Positions 8,991 to 17,744 of a stretch of DNA of 64,000 bases are shown piece by piece. The stretch's first letter is position 1. Each line of letters starts with the position of its first letter. The notes beneath the pieces are model-generated. The model had not been told where the DNA came from. It worked only from the letters and a program-made list of their open reading frames with translations, and searched no databases. A program made the translations under genes and the position numbers. Source of the stretch: an uncultured Eubacteriales bacterium. GTDB taxonomy: Bacteria > Actinomycetota > Coriobacteriia > Anaerosomatales > JAAXUF01. The stretch is from NCBI GenBank assembly GCA_964541375.1, contig CAZIPT010000002.1, positions 445 to 64,444 on the forward strand. Direction: 5' to 3'.

Positions 8991-10307
8991 CTAGTGGGTG
9001 CGCACTTTCGCCCCGCGAGTCAGTGTTGACTCGCTTGAGGCCCTGACGCTCGTCGAGGGATAGCCGTAGTCCACTGAGGCTACGACCCGGAAAGGCCCGC
9101 TCGGCGGCTTTCTCTTGTAGGTGTAGGAGAAGCGCCTGGTCTGACGAGGAAGGAAGAGCACGTTCTTCTTGCTCCAGCTCTTCAGCCGCCTGCCGGAGCT
9201 GTTGTAGATCGCGAAGCGCACGGTGGCCTTGGTCAGGGTGTTGCCGCTGTTGGTGACGTACTGCTTTGCGGCCACGCGGCCGCCTCTTGCCGAGACGTTC
9301 GCGAACGTCGTGGCGTCGACCGAGCGGACCGAGGTGCCATCCGGGGTCGCCGACCAGATGATGGCGGACTCGATATACGCCTCGGCGACCTCGCCCTGCG
9401 GAAAGCCTGTTGGCGTGGGGCGCGAGTAGAGGGCCGTGTTGTAGTTCTGGAGGAAGTCGGTCGCCCCGTAGTAGAACTTCACGGAGCGCCCCTTGCCAAA
9501 GCGAGTACCAAGCACGGCCGTGTAAGTTCCCGGATAGCGCTTCTTGACCGAGGAAGTCAGCAGGTTGAAGTCGGCCGCCGACTGGCGGTCCACCCCGCCG
9601 GGGATGGGAATCGACATCTCGATGTTTGCGGCGGGGTGATAGACCACGACTCCAGCAAGGTCGTCACCGAATCCGCGCGCCGAGAGAATCTCCCGAACTC
9701 CCGAAACGATGGGGCTCGCGGTGTTTGGCCGGATGGTGAAGGCAGGGGTGTAGGCTCCGTCGTTGATGAACTTGGCCTGGTACACCGCGGACAGCGGTCC
9801 CCACTCCCAATAGTTTGAGCCCATGACCCGCCACCACCACTCGTTCATGTTCTCCTTTTGACCGCGCCTCGGCGCATGCGCGGGATCGATTCGAGGCGAT
9901 GACATCGTGGCGACGAGTCCGCCACCGCCGGCGACATACCGGGCCAGGGACTCGCTGGCGGGCCTTCCCAGGGCGTACATCGAGGGCAACACGACTACGT
10001 CGAACCGCTTGAGAGCGTCGGAATTGAGCAGGTCACGATCGCCCACTATCTCTGTGACGTCATAGCCGCGTCCCTGGAGATAGTAGAGCAGCGCGGCCTC
10101 TTTGCTTCCGTGGGGGTAGCGGCTGGGTGTGCGCCGGTAGTTGAGCCAGTCGAGCGTCGTCTGCGAACGGACCACGGCCACCTTGATCGGGGGAGGGGTG
10201 AACCCCCCGGGCGTGATCGTGACCACAGCTTGTGCCGCGATCGGCCAGACAAGCATCGAAACCGCCGCGATGGCGATGCTCAGGTAGGCGCGCGTGGAAC
10301 GGAGCAT
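8991..10307 (-). CDS. Exported protein of unknown function
   Basis: N-terminal signal peptide (AIAAVSMLVWPIAAQA). GAGGGG lies upstream. The C-terminus is a beta-sandwich-like basic segment. Confidence 0.6.
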   Translation of the reverse strand: MLRSTRAYLSIAIAAVSMLVWPIAAQAVVTITPGGFTPPPIKVAVVRSQTTLDWLNYRRTPSRYPHGSKEAALLYYLQGRGYDVTEIVGDRDLLNSDALKRFDVVVLPSMYALGRPASESLARYVAGGGGLVATMSSPRIDPAHAPRRGQKENMNEWWWRVMGSNYWEWGPLSAVYQAKFINDGAYTPAFTIRPNTASPIVSGVREILSARGFGDDLAGVVVYHPAANIEMSIPIPGGVDRQSAADFNLLTSSVKKRYPGTYTAVLGTRFGKGRSVKFYYGATDFLQNYNTALYSRPTPTGFPQGEVAEAYIESAIIWSATPDGTSVRSVDATTFANVSARGGRVAAKQYVTNSGNTLTKATVRFAIYNSSGRRLKSWSKKNVLFLPRQTRRFSYTYKRKPPSGPFRVVASVDYGYPSTSVRASSESTLTRGAKVRTH

Positions 10308-10443
10308 GAGTACCCCTCTGATCGAACAGTCCTATTCCTCTGGTATCGGCAGTCTGAGCACTTCGAATGAGCGAATCGCACGAATTCGCGCTCTTCGTCT
10401 CGCGGGTTGCGGGTCCCTTGGAACAGTCGGTGTGAAGAGACGC

Positions 10444-10481
10444 AAAGAGCCCCGACCGCCTTACGCAACGGTCGGGGCTCT
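10444..10481 (-). terminator. Intrinsic terminator of the rubrerythrin gene
   Basis: A perfect 13-bp stem (AGAGCCCCGACCG / CGGTCGGGGCTCT) with a 10-nt loop, followed by TTTG on the - strand. It lies 18 nt after the stop. Confidence 0.6.
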
Positions 10482-10498
10482 CTTGGTCGGATCAGGTC

Positions 10499-11074
10499 CT
10501 AGTAGTTCTCGGCGAGGAGCTCGAAGTAGGCCTGCGGATGCTTGCACGCGGGGCACACGTCCGGTGCCTCGATGCCGTCGAACACGTAGCCGCAGTTGCG
10601 GCAGATCCACTTGTGCGGAAGCAGGCGCTTGAAGACCTTCTCGCCGTCCACGTTGGCGAGTAGACGGTTGTAGCGGTCTTCGTGGTGCACTTCGACCATC
10701 GCGATGCGGCGGTACGACTCGGCGATGTCGCTGAAGCCCTCGGCTTCGGCCTGGTCGGCGAAGGCGGGGTAGAGCTCGCTCCACTCTTCCTTCTCGCCGG
10801 CGGCTGCGGCGGCGAGGTTCTCCGACGTCGTCCCGATCTTGCCGCCGGGGTAGGTCGCCGTGATCTCGACGGGACCCCCTTCGAGGTACTTGAAAAAGAC
10901 CTTGGCGTGCTCCCGCTCGTTGTCGGCGGTCTCGGTGAAGATCGCCGAGATCTGCTCGAAACCCTCCTTCTTTGCCACGCTGGCGAAGTACGTGTAGCGG
11001 TTGCGCGCCTGCGACTCGCCGGCGAAGGACTTGAGCAGGTTCAGCTCGGTCTTGGTTCCCTTGACGCTTGCCAT
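10499..11074 (-). CDS. rbr: Rubrerythrin
   Basis: Di-iron ferritin-like motifs (GESQARNRYTYF, NEREHAKVF, EVHHEDRY) plus a C-terminal rubredoxin CRNCGY...CPACKHP. AAAGGAG lies upstream. Confidence 0.9.
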   Translation of the reverse strand: MASVKGTKTELNLLKSFAGESQARNRYTYFASVAKKEGFEQISAIFTETADNEREHAKVFFKYLEGGPVEITATYPGGKIGTTSENLAAAAAGEKEEWSELYPAFADQAEAEGFSDIAESYRRIAMVEVHHEDRYNRLLANVDGEKVFKRLLPHKWICRNCGYVFDGIEAPDVCPACKHPQAYFELLAENY

Positions 11075-11160
11075 GGAACGGCTCCTTTCGAGTTGTCTTT
11101 GTTCACTATCAGAGGGTATCCGTTCAGGGCGCTGGCGAAACCCCCTGAACTCGTCTCTTG

Positions 11161-11215
11161 ACTAGTACGAAGTTCGTAGTAGTATTTCCATGAACTAGTA
11201 CGAACTTCGCACTAG
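11161..11215. promoter_or_regulatory. Two palindromic operator-like sites in the rbr-padR divergent promoter region
   Basis: ACTAGTACGAAgTTCGTAGTAGT (11161-11183) and ACTAGTACGAAcTTCGCACTAG (11194-11215). Each has a 6-1-6 dyad TACGAA-N-TTCG(T/C)A. The dyad centres are 33 bp apart. Confidence 0.5.
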
Positions 11216-11254
11216 CGGATGCAGTACATCGGCGAACATGAAGGGGAGGTGGCC

Positions 11255-11623
11255 ATGGATCCGACGACCGACATCACGCTGAAGAAGTTCCAGAAGGAGC
11301 TCAACGGCGGCACGGTCTCGCTTGTCCTGCTGGCCATTCTGGGCCGCTCGGCCGAGCCGCTCTATGGCTATCAGATCGCGAAGAGCATCGAGGGAGCCTG
11401 GGGTGAAGGCGTCCCGGTCAAGCAGGGGACGCTCTACCCGGTCCTGCGCTCGATGGAGGAGAACGGCCTGCTCGCAAGCCGAGTGGAGCCGAGCGTTTCG
11501 GGACCTCCTCGAAAGTACTACTCGATCACCGAGCGCGGCCAGGCCGCGCTAGTGGAATGGAAGTCGGCGTGGGAGCGCACTCGCTCCTTTGTCGACGCGA
11601 CACTGGAGGGTAACGTTGTCTAA
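11255..11623 (+). CDS. PadR-family transcriptional regulator
   Basis: Winged-helix motif LLAILGRSAEPLYGYQIAKSIE...GTLYPVLRSMEENGLL...RKYYSITERG. GGGGAGG lies upstream of the chosen ATG. Confidence 0.85.
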   Translation: MDPTTDITLKKFQKELNGGTVSLVLLAILGRSAEPLYGYQIAKSIEGAWGEGVPVKQGTLYPVLRSMEENGLLASRVEPSVSGPPRKYYSITERGQAALVEWKSAWERTRSFVDATLEGNVV

Positions 11624-12563
11624 CACGGTCGAGGGATACCTCGCACAACTCAAAGCGGCGCTCGCCGGCGCCGATCCGGCGCTGGTGCAGGACGCGCTCT
11701 ACGACGCCGAGGACTACCTGCGCGCTGCTGTTGCCGAGGGCGACGGAAGCCCGGAGGCCGTGGAGGCGGCAATCGAGGCCTACGGCACACCCGAGGAGAT
11801 CGCTACCGCCTACCGCGAGAGTGAGGCGACGGTTGCCGAGGCGCTGCGCAAGCCCGCGGCCGCGGCTCCAAAGAGCAAGCTCGGTCGTTCGCCGATCGGC
11901 CGGTTCTTCGGCGTTGTCATCGACCCCTCGGCGTACGGCGCCCTGTTCTACGCGCTCCTCGCGCTCGCCACCGGCGTTGCGTACTTCACGATCGTGACGA
12001 TAGGGCTCTCGCTGACCTTCGGACTGGCGATCCTGATCATCGGCATCCCGTTCGCGCTGGTCTTCCTCGCGGTCGTGCGGGCGATCTCGCTGGCCGAGGG
12101 CCGCATGGTCGAGGGTCTGCTCGGCGTGCGCATGCCCAGAAGACCTCGGACTCTGGGCGTGCAGGGAAACCTGTGGACGCGAATCAAGTCGTGGCTTGCT
12201 GACTACCGCACGTGGACGACGATGCTGTACATGCTGCTGCAGCTGCCGCTCGGCATCATCTACTTCACGATCATGGTGACCTCGCTGTCGATTTCTGCGG
12301 CTATCGTCGCGCTGCCGATACTTCAGGTCGTGCTGAAGCAGCCGATCCTGCGTGACCTCGACTACGGCTACCTGATCCAGCCGTGGGCGATGCCGCTCGT
12401 GATGGCGCTGGGGATTCTAGGCTTCTTTGTGACGCTGTGGATCGCCAAGGGCATCGGGTACGCGCACGGGCAGTGGGCCAAGACGATGCTGGTCGGGCGT
12501 TTCGAGGGCGCGGCCGCGCAGGAGACTCCGGCCGTCGCAATCGGCGAGGAGGCGAGGGCGTGA
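11616..12563 (+). CDS. Membrane protein with an N-terminal DUF1700/HAAS-like helical region (PadR partner)
   Basis: The TTG start overlaps the padR stop, with GGAGGG 6 nt upstream. A soluble helical N-terminus is followed by at least four hydrophobic helices. Confidence 0.55.
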   Translation: MSNTVEGYLAQLKAALAGADPALVQDALYDAEDYLRAAVAEGDGSPEAVEAAIEAYGTPEEIATAYRESEATVAEALRKPAAAAPKSKLGRSPIGRFFGVVIDPSAYGALFYALLALATGVAYFTIVTIGLSLTFGLAILIIGIPFALVFLAVVRAISLAEGRMVEGLLGVRMPRRPRTLGVQGNLWTRIKSWLADYRTWTTMLYMLLQLPLGIIYFTIMVTSLSISAAIVALPILQVVLKQPILRDLDYGYLIQPWAMPLVMALGILGFFVTLWIAKGIGYAHGQWAKTMLVGRFEGAAAQETPAVAIGEEARA

Positions 12564-13342
12564 TGAGCAAGAAGACACTGGTCGCGGTTGCGGGAGTGCT
12601 GGTTGTTGGAGCCGTTGTGTTCTCGGCCGGATGCACTCGCGTTCCGCTGACGGACTCGCAGAAGGTGTTCGGCGGCGAGCCGGGCAAGAGCAGCACCGAG
12701 ACGACCTCGGCACCGCTGGGCGGGGCGGACCGCATCGACGCGACGATTCGGATGGGCGTGGGCGACCTGGCGGTCACGAGCGTGTCCAGTCGGACCGCGG
12801 GCTTCACCGGCGAGTTCAAGTACAACCCATCGAGCTGGAAGCCAGAGGTCACCTACCGGGTGAAATCGGCACAAGGAGACTCCGTCGGTGTGCTCTACGT
12901 GGGCCAGCCCGAGGCTGGCGGCCCGATGAAGTGGGGTCAGGCGGAGAACAGCTGGGACCTCGCGCTCGCAAGCGGCGTCCCCACCAACGTCTCGCTGAAG
13001 CTGGGTGCAGGGCAGGCGATGGTCGATCTGAGCGGCGTTGATGTTCGCTACCTCGAGGCCGTCACCGGGGTGGGCGAGACCAAGATCGACCTCAGCGGAC
13101 CGCGCTCCACCGACGTGTCGGGCACTATCACGACCGGCGTGGGCGAGACAACCGTGCGGCTGCCGAAGAGCGTGGGCGTGCAGATCACCGGCGGCGGCGA
13201 CGGGCTGGGCAACGTGTCGAGCAACGGGTTCAACGGCAGCGGCAACGTGAAGACCAACGATGCGTGGAGCCAGCCGGGCCCCAAGATCACGCTCAAGGTC
13301 GTGCGCGGGGTGGGCGACATCACGTTCGAGCTGGTTGAGTAG
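12563..13342 (+). CDS. Lipoprotein with a toastrack-type (DUF2154/DUF4097-like) beta-repeat domain
   Basis: The ATG overlaps the upstream stop (GTGATGA). Lipobox VFSAGC. Repeated GVGDLAV / GAGQAMVDLSG / GVGETKIDLSG / GVGETTVRL strands. Confidence 0.55.
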   Translation: MSKKTLVAVAGVLVVGAVVFSAGCTRVPLTDSQKVFGGEPGKSSTETTSAPLGGADRIDATIRMGVGDLAVTSVSSRTAGFTGEFKYNPSSWKPEVTYRVKSAQGDSVGVLYVGQPEAGGPMKWGQAENSWDLALASGVPTNVSLKLGAGQAMVDLSGVDVRYLEAVTGVGETKIDLSGPRSTDVSGTITTGVGETTVRLPKSVGVQITGGGDGLGNVSSNGFNGSGNVKTNDAWSQPGPKITLKVVRGVGDITFELVE

Positions 13343-13414
13343 CGCACTCGCTTCCGAGCCAATCTCCCGGGGTATGCACCCCTTGGCAGGGCCGCGCCCC
13401 GAGGAGAGGTCGAC

Positions 13415-14602
13415 ATGACCGGCAGAGAATCGATTCCGTCGTCGCGTACGGGTGAGGGCGACCTGGGCGCACACCTCGAGCGCCTGCGTGCCCTGACGTG
13501 CATCAAGTGGTCGCGCTATGACGACGACGTGATCCCGGCGTGGGTCGCCGACATGGACCTCGCCCCCGCGCCCGTCACCGTCGAGGCCGTCCGAGCGCTC
13601 GCCGAGTGCGGAGACTTCGGCTACAACTTTGCGGCTGCGGCGCAGCTGCCGGAGGTCTTCTCGGCGTGGGAGGAGAAGCGGCACGGCTGGCGCCCCGACC
13701 CCGAGAAGGTCCGGGTGTTCTGCGATGTCATGCAGGCGGTGGAGACCGCAGTCTGGTTGCACACCGAGCCGGGTGACGGGGTCGTTCTGTTCACGCCGGT
13801 CTACTTCCCGTTCTTTCCGGCGGTGACCTCCACCGGTCGGCGGATCATCGACTGTCCGCTCGACCCCGACGGCTGGCGCATTGACCCCGAACGGCTCGCT
13901 GCGGCGATCGACCCCACAACGCGTGTGATCCTGCTGTGCAATCCGCACAACCCGACCGGTCGGATCCTAGACGCAGAGGAGCTGGCTGCGATTGCCGAGG
14001 TGGCGGAGCGTCACGACCTGCTCGTGATCAGCGACGAGATCTGGGGCGATCTGACGCACCCGGGCGGCACGCACGTGCCTATCGCATCACTCGGCGACGA
14101 GATCGCGGCTCGAACGGTGACCATCTCGGCGGCGAGCAAGGCCTTCAACATCGCGGGACTTCACTGCGCCGTAGCGCACATCGGGCATCAGGGTATCGCC
14201 GACGAGCTGAAGGCGCTTCCCAGGCACCTGTTGGGCGCGGTTGGTTCCCCCGGCGCCGAGGCGACGTACGCGGCGTGGACGGCAGGCGAGCCGTGGCTCG
14301 AGACCGTACGCGCTCATCTCACCGCGCAGCGCGACTACCTTGCCGCGCGGCTCGCAGCTGAGCTGCCGACGGTCGGCTTCGAGGTGCCCGAAGCCACCTA
14401 CCTGGCTTGGCTGGACTTCCGTGAACTCGGTCTCGGCGACGCGCCCGAGAAGGCGATCCTCGAGCGCGGCAAGGTCGCGCTCTCGGCAGGCCTCGACTTC
14501 GGTGCCGAGGGAGCGGGATTCGCGCGGCTCAACTTTGCGACGTCGAGAGAGATCCTGGACGAGATCGTCGACCGGATCGCGATCGCGGTTCAGCCGGGGT
14601 AG
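13415..14602 (+). CDS. PLP-dependent class I/II aminotransferase fold, MalY/PatB-type C-S lyase
   Basis: CNPHNPTGR and SKAFNIAGL (PLP lysine) motifs, 395 aa. GAGGAGAGG lies upstream. Confidence 0.75.
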   Translation: MTGRESIPSSRTGEGDLGAHLERLRALTCIKWSRYDDDVIPAWVADMDLAPAPVTVEAVRALAECGDFGYNFAAAAQLPEVFSAWEEKRHGWRPDPEKVRVFCDVMQAVETAVWLHTEPGDGVVLFTPVYFPFFPAVTSTGRRIIDCPLDPDGWRIDPERLAAAIDPTTRVILLCNPHNPTGRILDAEELAAIAEVAERHDLLVISDEIWGDLTHPGGTHVPIASLGDEIAARTVTISAASKAFNIAGLHCAVAHIGHQGIADELKALPRHLLGAVGSPGAEATYAAWTAGEPWLETVRAHLTAQRDYLAARLAAELPTVGFEVPEATYLAWLDFRELGLGDAPEKAILERGKVALSAGLDFGAEGAGFARLNFATSREILDEIVDRIAIAVQPG

Positions 14603-14608
14603 AGAGCT

Positions 14609-15478
14609 CTACTCCGCCGTCTTCCACATCCCCGCGTGGTTGACGACGGAGAACTCCAGAAGGTCCCGGCTCAGCAGATCGCCGAGGTAGCCCTTCACGG
14701 TGGTGACGGCGAGCCAGTACTGGGCGGGGTTGTCCGAGAGGCCGCGCTGTTCCGAGACGGCGGCGATGCACTCCTCGGTCGTTTTCGGCTTGATGAGCAT
14801 CTCGAGGATGCTCGCCTCGATGTCCTCGATCTGCTCGAGGTGGAAGGCGATGTCCTTCTCGGCGGTTTCGCGGTCTACGAGCGTGCCGTGGCCGGGCACG
14901 AGCCAATCGAAGTCGACGGCGCGCAGGGACTTGAGCGACGTCGCGACCAGATCGGGATCGATCGCGTAGGGCAGGGGATGGCGCGCCCAGAGCGCCTCCA
15001 GGTAGAGCGCGTCACCGGTGAACAGCACCTTGTCGTCGGTCAGGAATCCGGTGTGGCCGAGCGTGTGGCCGGGCAGGCCCACCGGCTTCGCGCGCGGGTC
15101 ACGCCACTTTTCGACGAGCGCGTCGACGCGGCACGGAATCCCCTTGAAGAGCTTGCTCACCAGAATATCGCCGGGCTTGGCCCACGAAAACATCCCGCGG
15201 ATGTTGATGTCGGGGTTCTCGACCATTGCGGCGTCGTCCCGCGCGGCCACAACAGTCGCTCCGCGCTTGCGAAGGTAGGCGCCGCACGCGAAGTGGTCGG
15301 CGTGTCCGTGCGTGATCGCAAGGCGATCCGCCGAGGCGAACTCGTAGATGGACTCCTCGGGCCCGGTGTCGATCATCAGTCCGTCCACGTAGCCGGAGTT
15401 GGTCAGGCCCGGCACGTAGAGGGTGGATCCCGCGATTTGAAGGGCGCCGTCGGGGGCGCCGGGGAAACGCTTGGCCAT
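14609..15478 (-). CDS. MBL-fold metallo-hydrolase
   Basis: HGHADH zinc motif. Start chosen at MAKRFPG, which has GAGGTGA upstream. The ORF track extends to 15505. Confidence 0.8.
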   Translation of the reverse strand: MAKRFPGAPDGALQIAGSTLYVPGLTNSGYVDGLMIDTGPEESIYEFASADRLAITHGHADHFACGAYLRKRGATVVAARDDAAMVENPDINIRGMFSWAKPGDILVSKLFKGIPCRVDALVEKWRDPRAKPVGLPGHTLGHTGFLTDDKVLFTGDALYLEALWARHPLPYAIDPDLVATSLKSLRAVDFDWLVPGHGTLVDRETAEKDIAFHLEQIEDIEASILEMLIKPKTTEECIAAVSEQRGLSDNPAQYWLAVTTVKGYLGDLLSRDLLEFSVVNHAGMWKTAE

Positions 15479-15558
15479 GTGGTCACCTCGCGGAGAGTAT
15501 GACATGCGGGGAATGCGCGCGAGGCGTACCGAACGTACGAGGCTCGAGCCGGGCCGGA

Positions 15559-16287
15559 CTACACCTGCGGCTGGTGGCTGGTCCAGCGCGCTTCTCGGCG
15601 GGCGACGTGACGGCGAAGGACGGGTCGGAGGTCGTCGTCGGTGACCACGCTCCCGTGAGCCGGGTAGATGGTGGTAGCTCCGGCATCGAGCAGGACTTGC
15701 CAGCTCGCCAAGACCTCGTCGACATCGAGTGCCATGTTGGGCATCTCGGGAGGGGTCAGCCCAGGAATCCGGCGGCCCTGAACGGCGTCGCCAACAAAGG
15801 CGCTACCGTCGTCGAGAAGCAGCGATATGTCGCCGCTACTGTGACCGGTCGTGTAGACGATTCGGCCGGGAAGGCCGTATTCGTCCAGACGCGTTCCATC
15901 ATCGAGTGCGATCACCGTGCCCACTCCACGCAGGCCGATACGAGGGAGCGAATTGCGCGCGAGCAGCTCGTAGAACTTGGAGTAGGGGTTCAGCCCCGGC
16001 GAGATGAGGACGCTTCCGGTGGCTACGACTTTGGCGTGCTCGGGGTGCGTGATGATCTCGAACCCGGGCACCTCGTCGAGGATCTCGGGGAGGCCGCCGA
16101 AGTGATCGGCGTGTCCGTGGGTGACGATGGCCAGCTTGATCTCGCTCGGGTCGCGCCCGATATCGCGAATCTTGCGAAGAATCGAACGACCGTGGCCGAC
16201 CATCCCGGCGTCGACCAGATAGAGCGCCTCATCCGTCTCGATGAGGTGACTGTAGGCTGCGACGCTTTGTATGCGATGGATCTTCAT
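15559..16287 (-). CDS. MBL-fold metallo-hydrolase
   Basis: LYLVDAGM...VTHGHADHFGG motif, 242 aa. Confidence 0.8.
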   Translation of the reverse strand: MKIHRIQSVAAYSHLIETDEALYLVDAGMVGHGRSILRKIRDIGRDPSEIKLAIVTHGHADHFGGLPEILDEVPGFEIITHPEHAKVVATGSVLISPGLNPYSKFYELLARNSLPRIGLRGVGTVIALDDGTRLDEYGLPGRIVYTTGHSSGDISLLLDDGSAFVGDAVQGRRIPGLTPPEMPNMALDVDEVLASWQVLLDAGATTIYPAHGSVVTDDDLRPVLRRHVARREARWTSHQPQV

Positions 16288-16356
16288 AGCTCACTGGGAG
16301 CAACGCTTGTGCCGACAGGTCGGCAGCTTCTCGCGCCCGCCGACGGGCAGGTACGA

Positions 16357-17220
16357 CTACCCGTGCTCAGCACCTTCGCGGTCGAGCAGCACGCGTTTTC
16401 GCTCGACTCCCCATCTGTAGCCGGTCAGCGATCCATCGGCGCCGATGACACGGTGGCACGGCACGACGACGGCGGTCGGGTTCGCACCGCAGGCCGCTGC
16501 CACCGCCCGCGTGGCAGCGGGCCGGCCGATGGCCGCCGCGAGCTGCGAGTAGGTGACCGTTCGGCCGGGCGGGATCTCGCGCAGTGCCGTCCATACCTGG
16601 TGCTGGAAGACCGTGCCGCGCACGTCGAGTGGAAGACACGCGGCGGACTGCGCGTCGGGACCAGCGGGTGAGTCGATCAGCTCGACAACGGCCTCCACCC
16701 ACGCACGCGATGCCCCCTCGGCGGGAACAACTGTCGCGCGGGGGAACCGGCGAGCGACCTCATCGGCGAGGGAAACGTCGGAATCTCCGAACGCCACAAG
16801 GCACACACCGCGGTCGGTGCTTGCGACAACGAGCCGGCCGAGCGAGGTGTCCGCAAGCGTGTAGCGGATGGTCTCCCCCGGTGCTCCGCGCTTCGCATGC
16901 GCGGGCGTCATGCCGAGAAGATCGTCGGTGCGCTCGTATACCCGGCTCGCCGAGCCGTACCCGGAACCGGCGATGGCCGTGGAGACGTCGGTGCCGTCGG
17001 CGAGCTGGCAACGCAGACGGTCGGCCCGACGGGCGTCGGCGTACGCGCGCGGAGAGAGCCCGACCATCTCGACGAACGCTCGACGCAGATGAGTTGGCGA
17101 GACGTGAGCCGATCGCGCGAGCGATGCCAGTGAGGGCGCGCGGGTCCCGGAGTCGACGGCGCCGTCGATGGTTCGCACGGATCGGGCGACGGCGTCGGCG
17201 ATGGATTGAGACAGAGGCAC
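16357..17220 (-). CDS. AraC-type HTH fused to methylated-DNA-protein-cysteine methyltransferase (Ada/Ogt-like)
   Basis: AraC-type helix SLARSAHVSPTHLRRAFVEMVGLSPRAY, then an MGMT domain with the active-site PCHRVIGADG. Confidence 0.8.
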   Translation of the reverse strand: MPLSQSIADAVARSVRTIDGAVDSGTRAPSLASLARSAHVSPTHLRRAFVEMVGLSPRAYADARRADRLRCQLADGTDVSTAIAGSGYGSASRVYERTDDLLGMTPAHAKRGAPGETIRYTLADTSLGRLVVASTDRGVCLVAFGDSDVSLADEVARRFPRATVVPAEGASRAWVEAVVELIDSPAGPDAQSAACLPLDVRGTVFQHQVWTALREIPPGRTVTYSQLAAAIGRPAATRAVAAACGANPTAVVVPCHRVIGADGSLTGYRWGVERKRVLLDREGAEHG

Positions 17221-17391
17221 GGCGGGCTCCTCGGCGATAGCGGTCGGTCACTCGCAGTGTACGGTGCGCCTTTCACCGGATTCCATCCGAATCGTGTCCT
17301 TTCTCGGCACGCTCCTCGCTGTCGTGACGGGCACGGAGAACTCCGAGGGCGCAATCCCGCGGCCCGCTGTCCAAAAGGAGGTGATCCAGCA

Positions 17392-17460
17392 GTGCGAAGT
17401 AACTACATCGCTGCGCTGGTCCTGACCGTTTCCACTCACGTGGCGGCAGGCACCGCATAG
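17392..17460 (+). CDS. Candidate 22-aa small ORF behind a near-perfect Shine-Dalgarno sequence
   Basis: AAAGGAGGTGATCC ends 5 nt before the GTG. Product is (M)RSNYIAALVLTVSTHVAAGTA. Not in the ORF track as an independent ORF. Confidence 0.3.
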   Translation: MRSNYIAALVLTVSTHVAAGTA

Positions 17461-17554
17461 GACGGCGGCGTTTCGGGGCCTCACACAGCCTCGCTCGCAA
17501 ACGCTCGAAAGAGCGAATCGCAAAGAACGTCGCTGTTTCTAGAGTCAGCGATGG

Positions 17555-17583
17555 GAGACGGGCCCCGGAGACGGGGCCCTCTC
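17555..17583. terminator. GC-rich hairpin (GGGCCCC-GGAGAC-GGGGCCC, extendable by GAGA/TCTC)
   Basis: A 7-bp core stem plus a 4-bp extension with one bulge. It lies in the 516-bp gap between the ada-like gene and the BNR gene. The U-tract is weak. Confidence 0.4.
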
Positions 17584-17744
17584 TTATGTCGGCATCATCC
17601 CAGCTCAGAGCCTCGCCAACACCTCACATTAGAGAATTCACAAGCAAGGCTGGTTCATTTGTTGCTACGCTCCGCAGTGTGAGTAATCGACACGCTCGAT
17701 AAACCGGCCGAGCGGTCGTTTGAGTTTTGAAGTGAGTGATTCGC

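Noticed and set aside
10363-10380. The 18-mer TCGAATGAGCGAATCGCA recurs with one mismatch at 17505-17522, both upstream of secreted-protein genes, suggesting a shared regulatory motif.
   Set aside because: A rough estimate gives a few 17-of-18 matches by chance in 64 kb read on both strands. The orientation relative to the genes differs, and the distances to the starts (about 60 versus about 230 nt) differ.
12368-13948. 526-aa minus-strand ORF across the toastrack and aminotransferase genes.
   Set aside because: The Arg/Gly/His-rich translation has no motifs. It is opposite two well-supported + strand genes and spans their intergenic gap.
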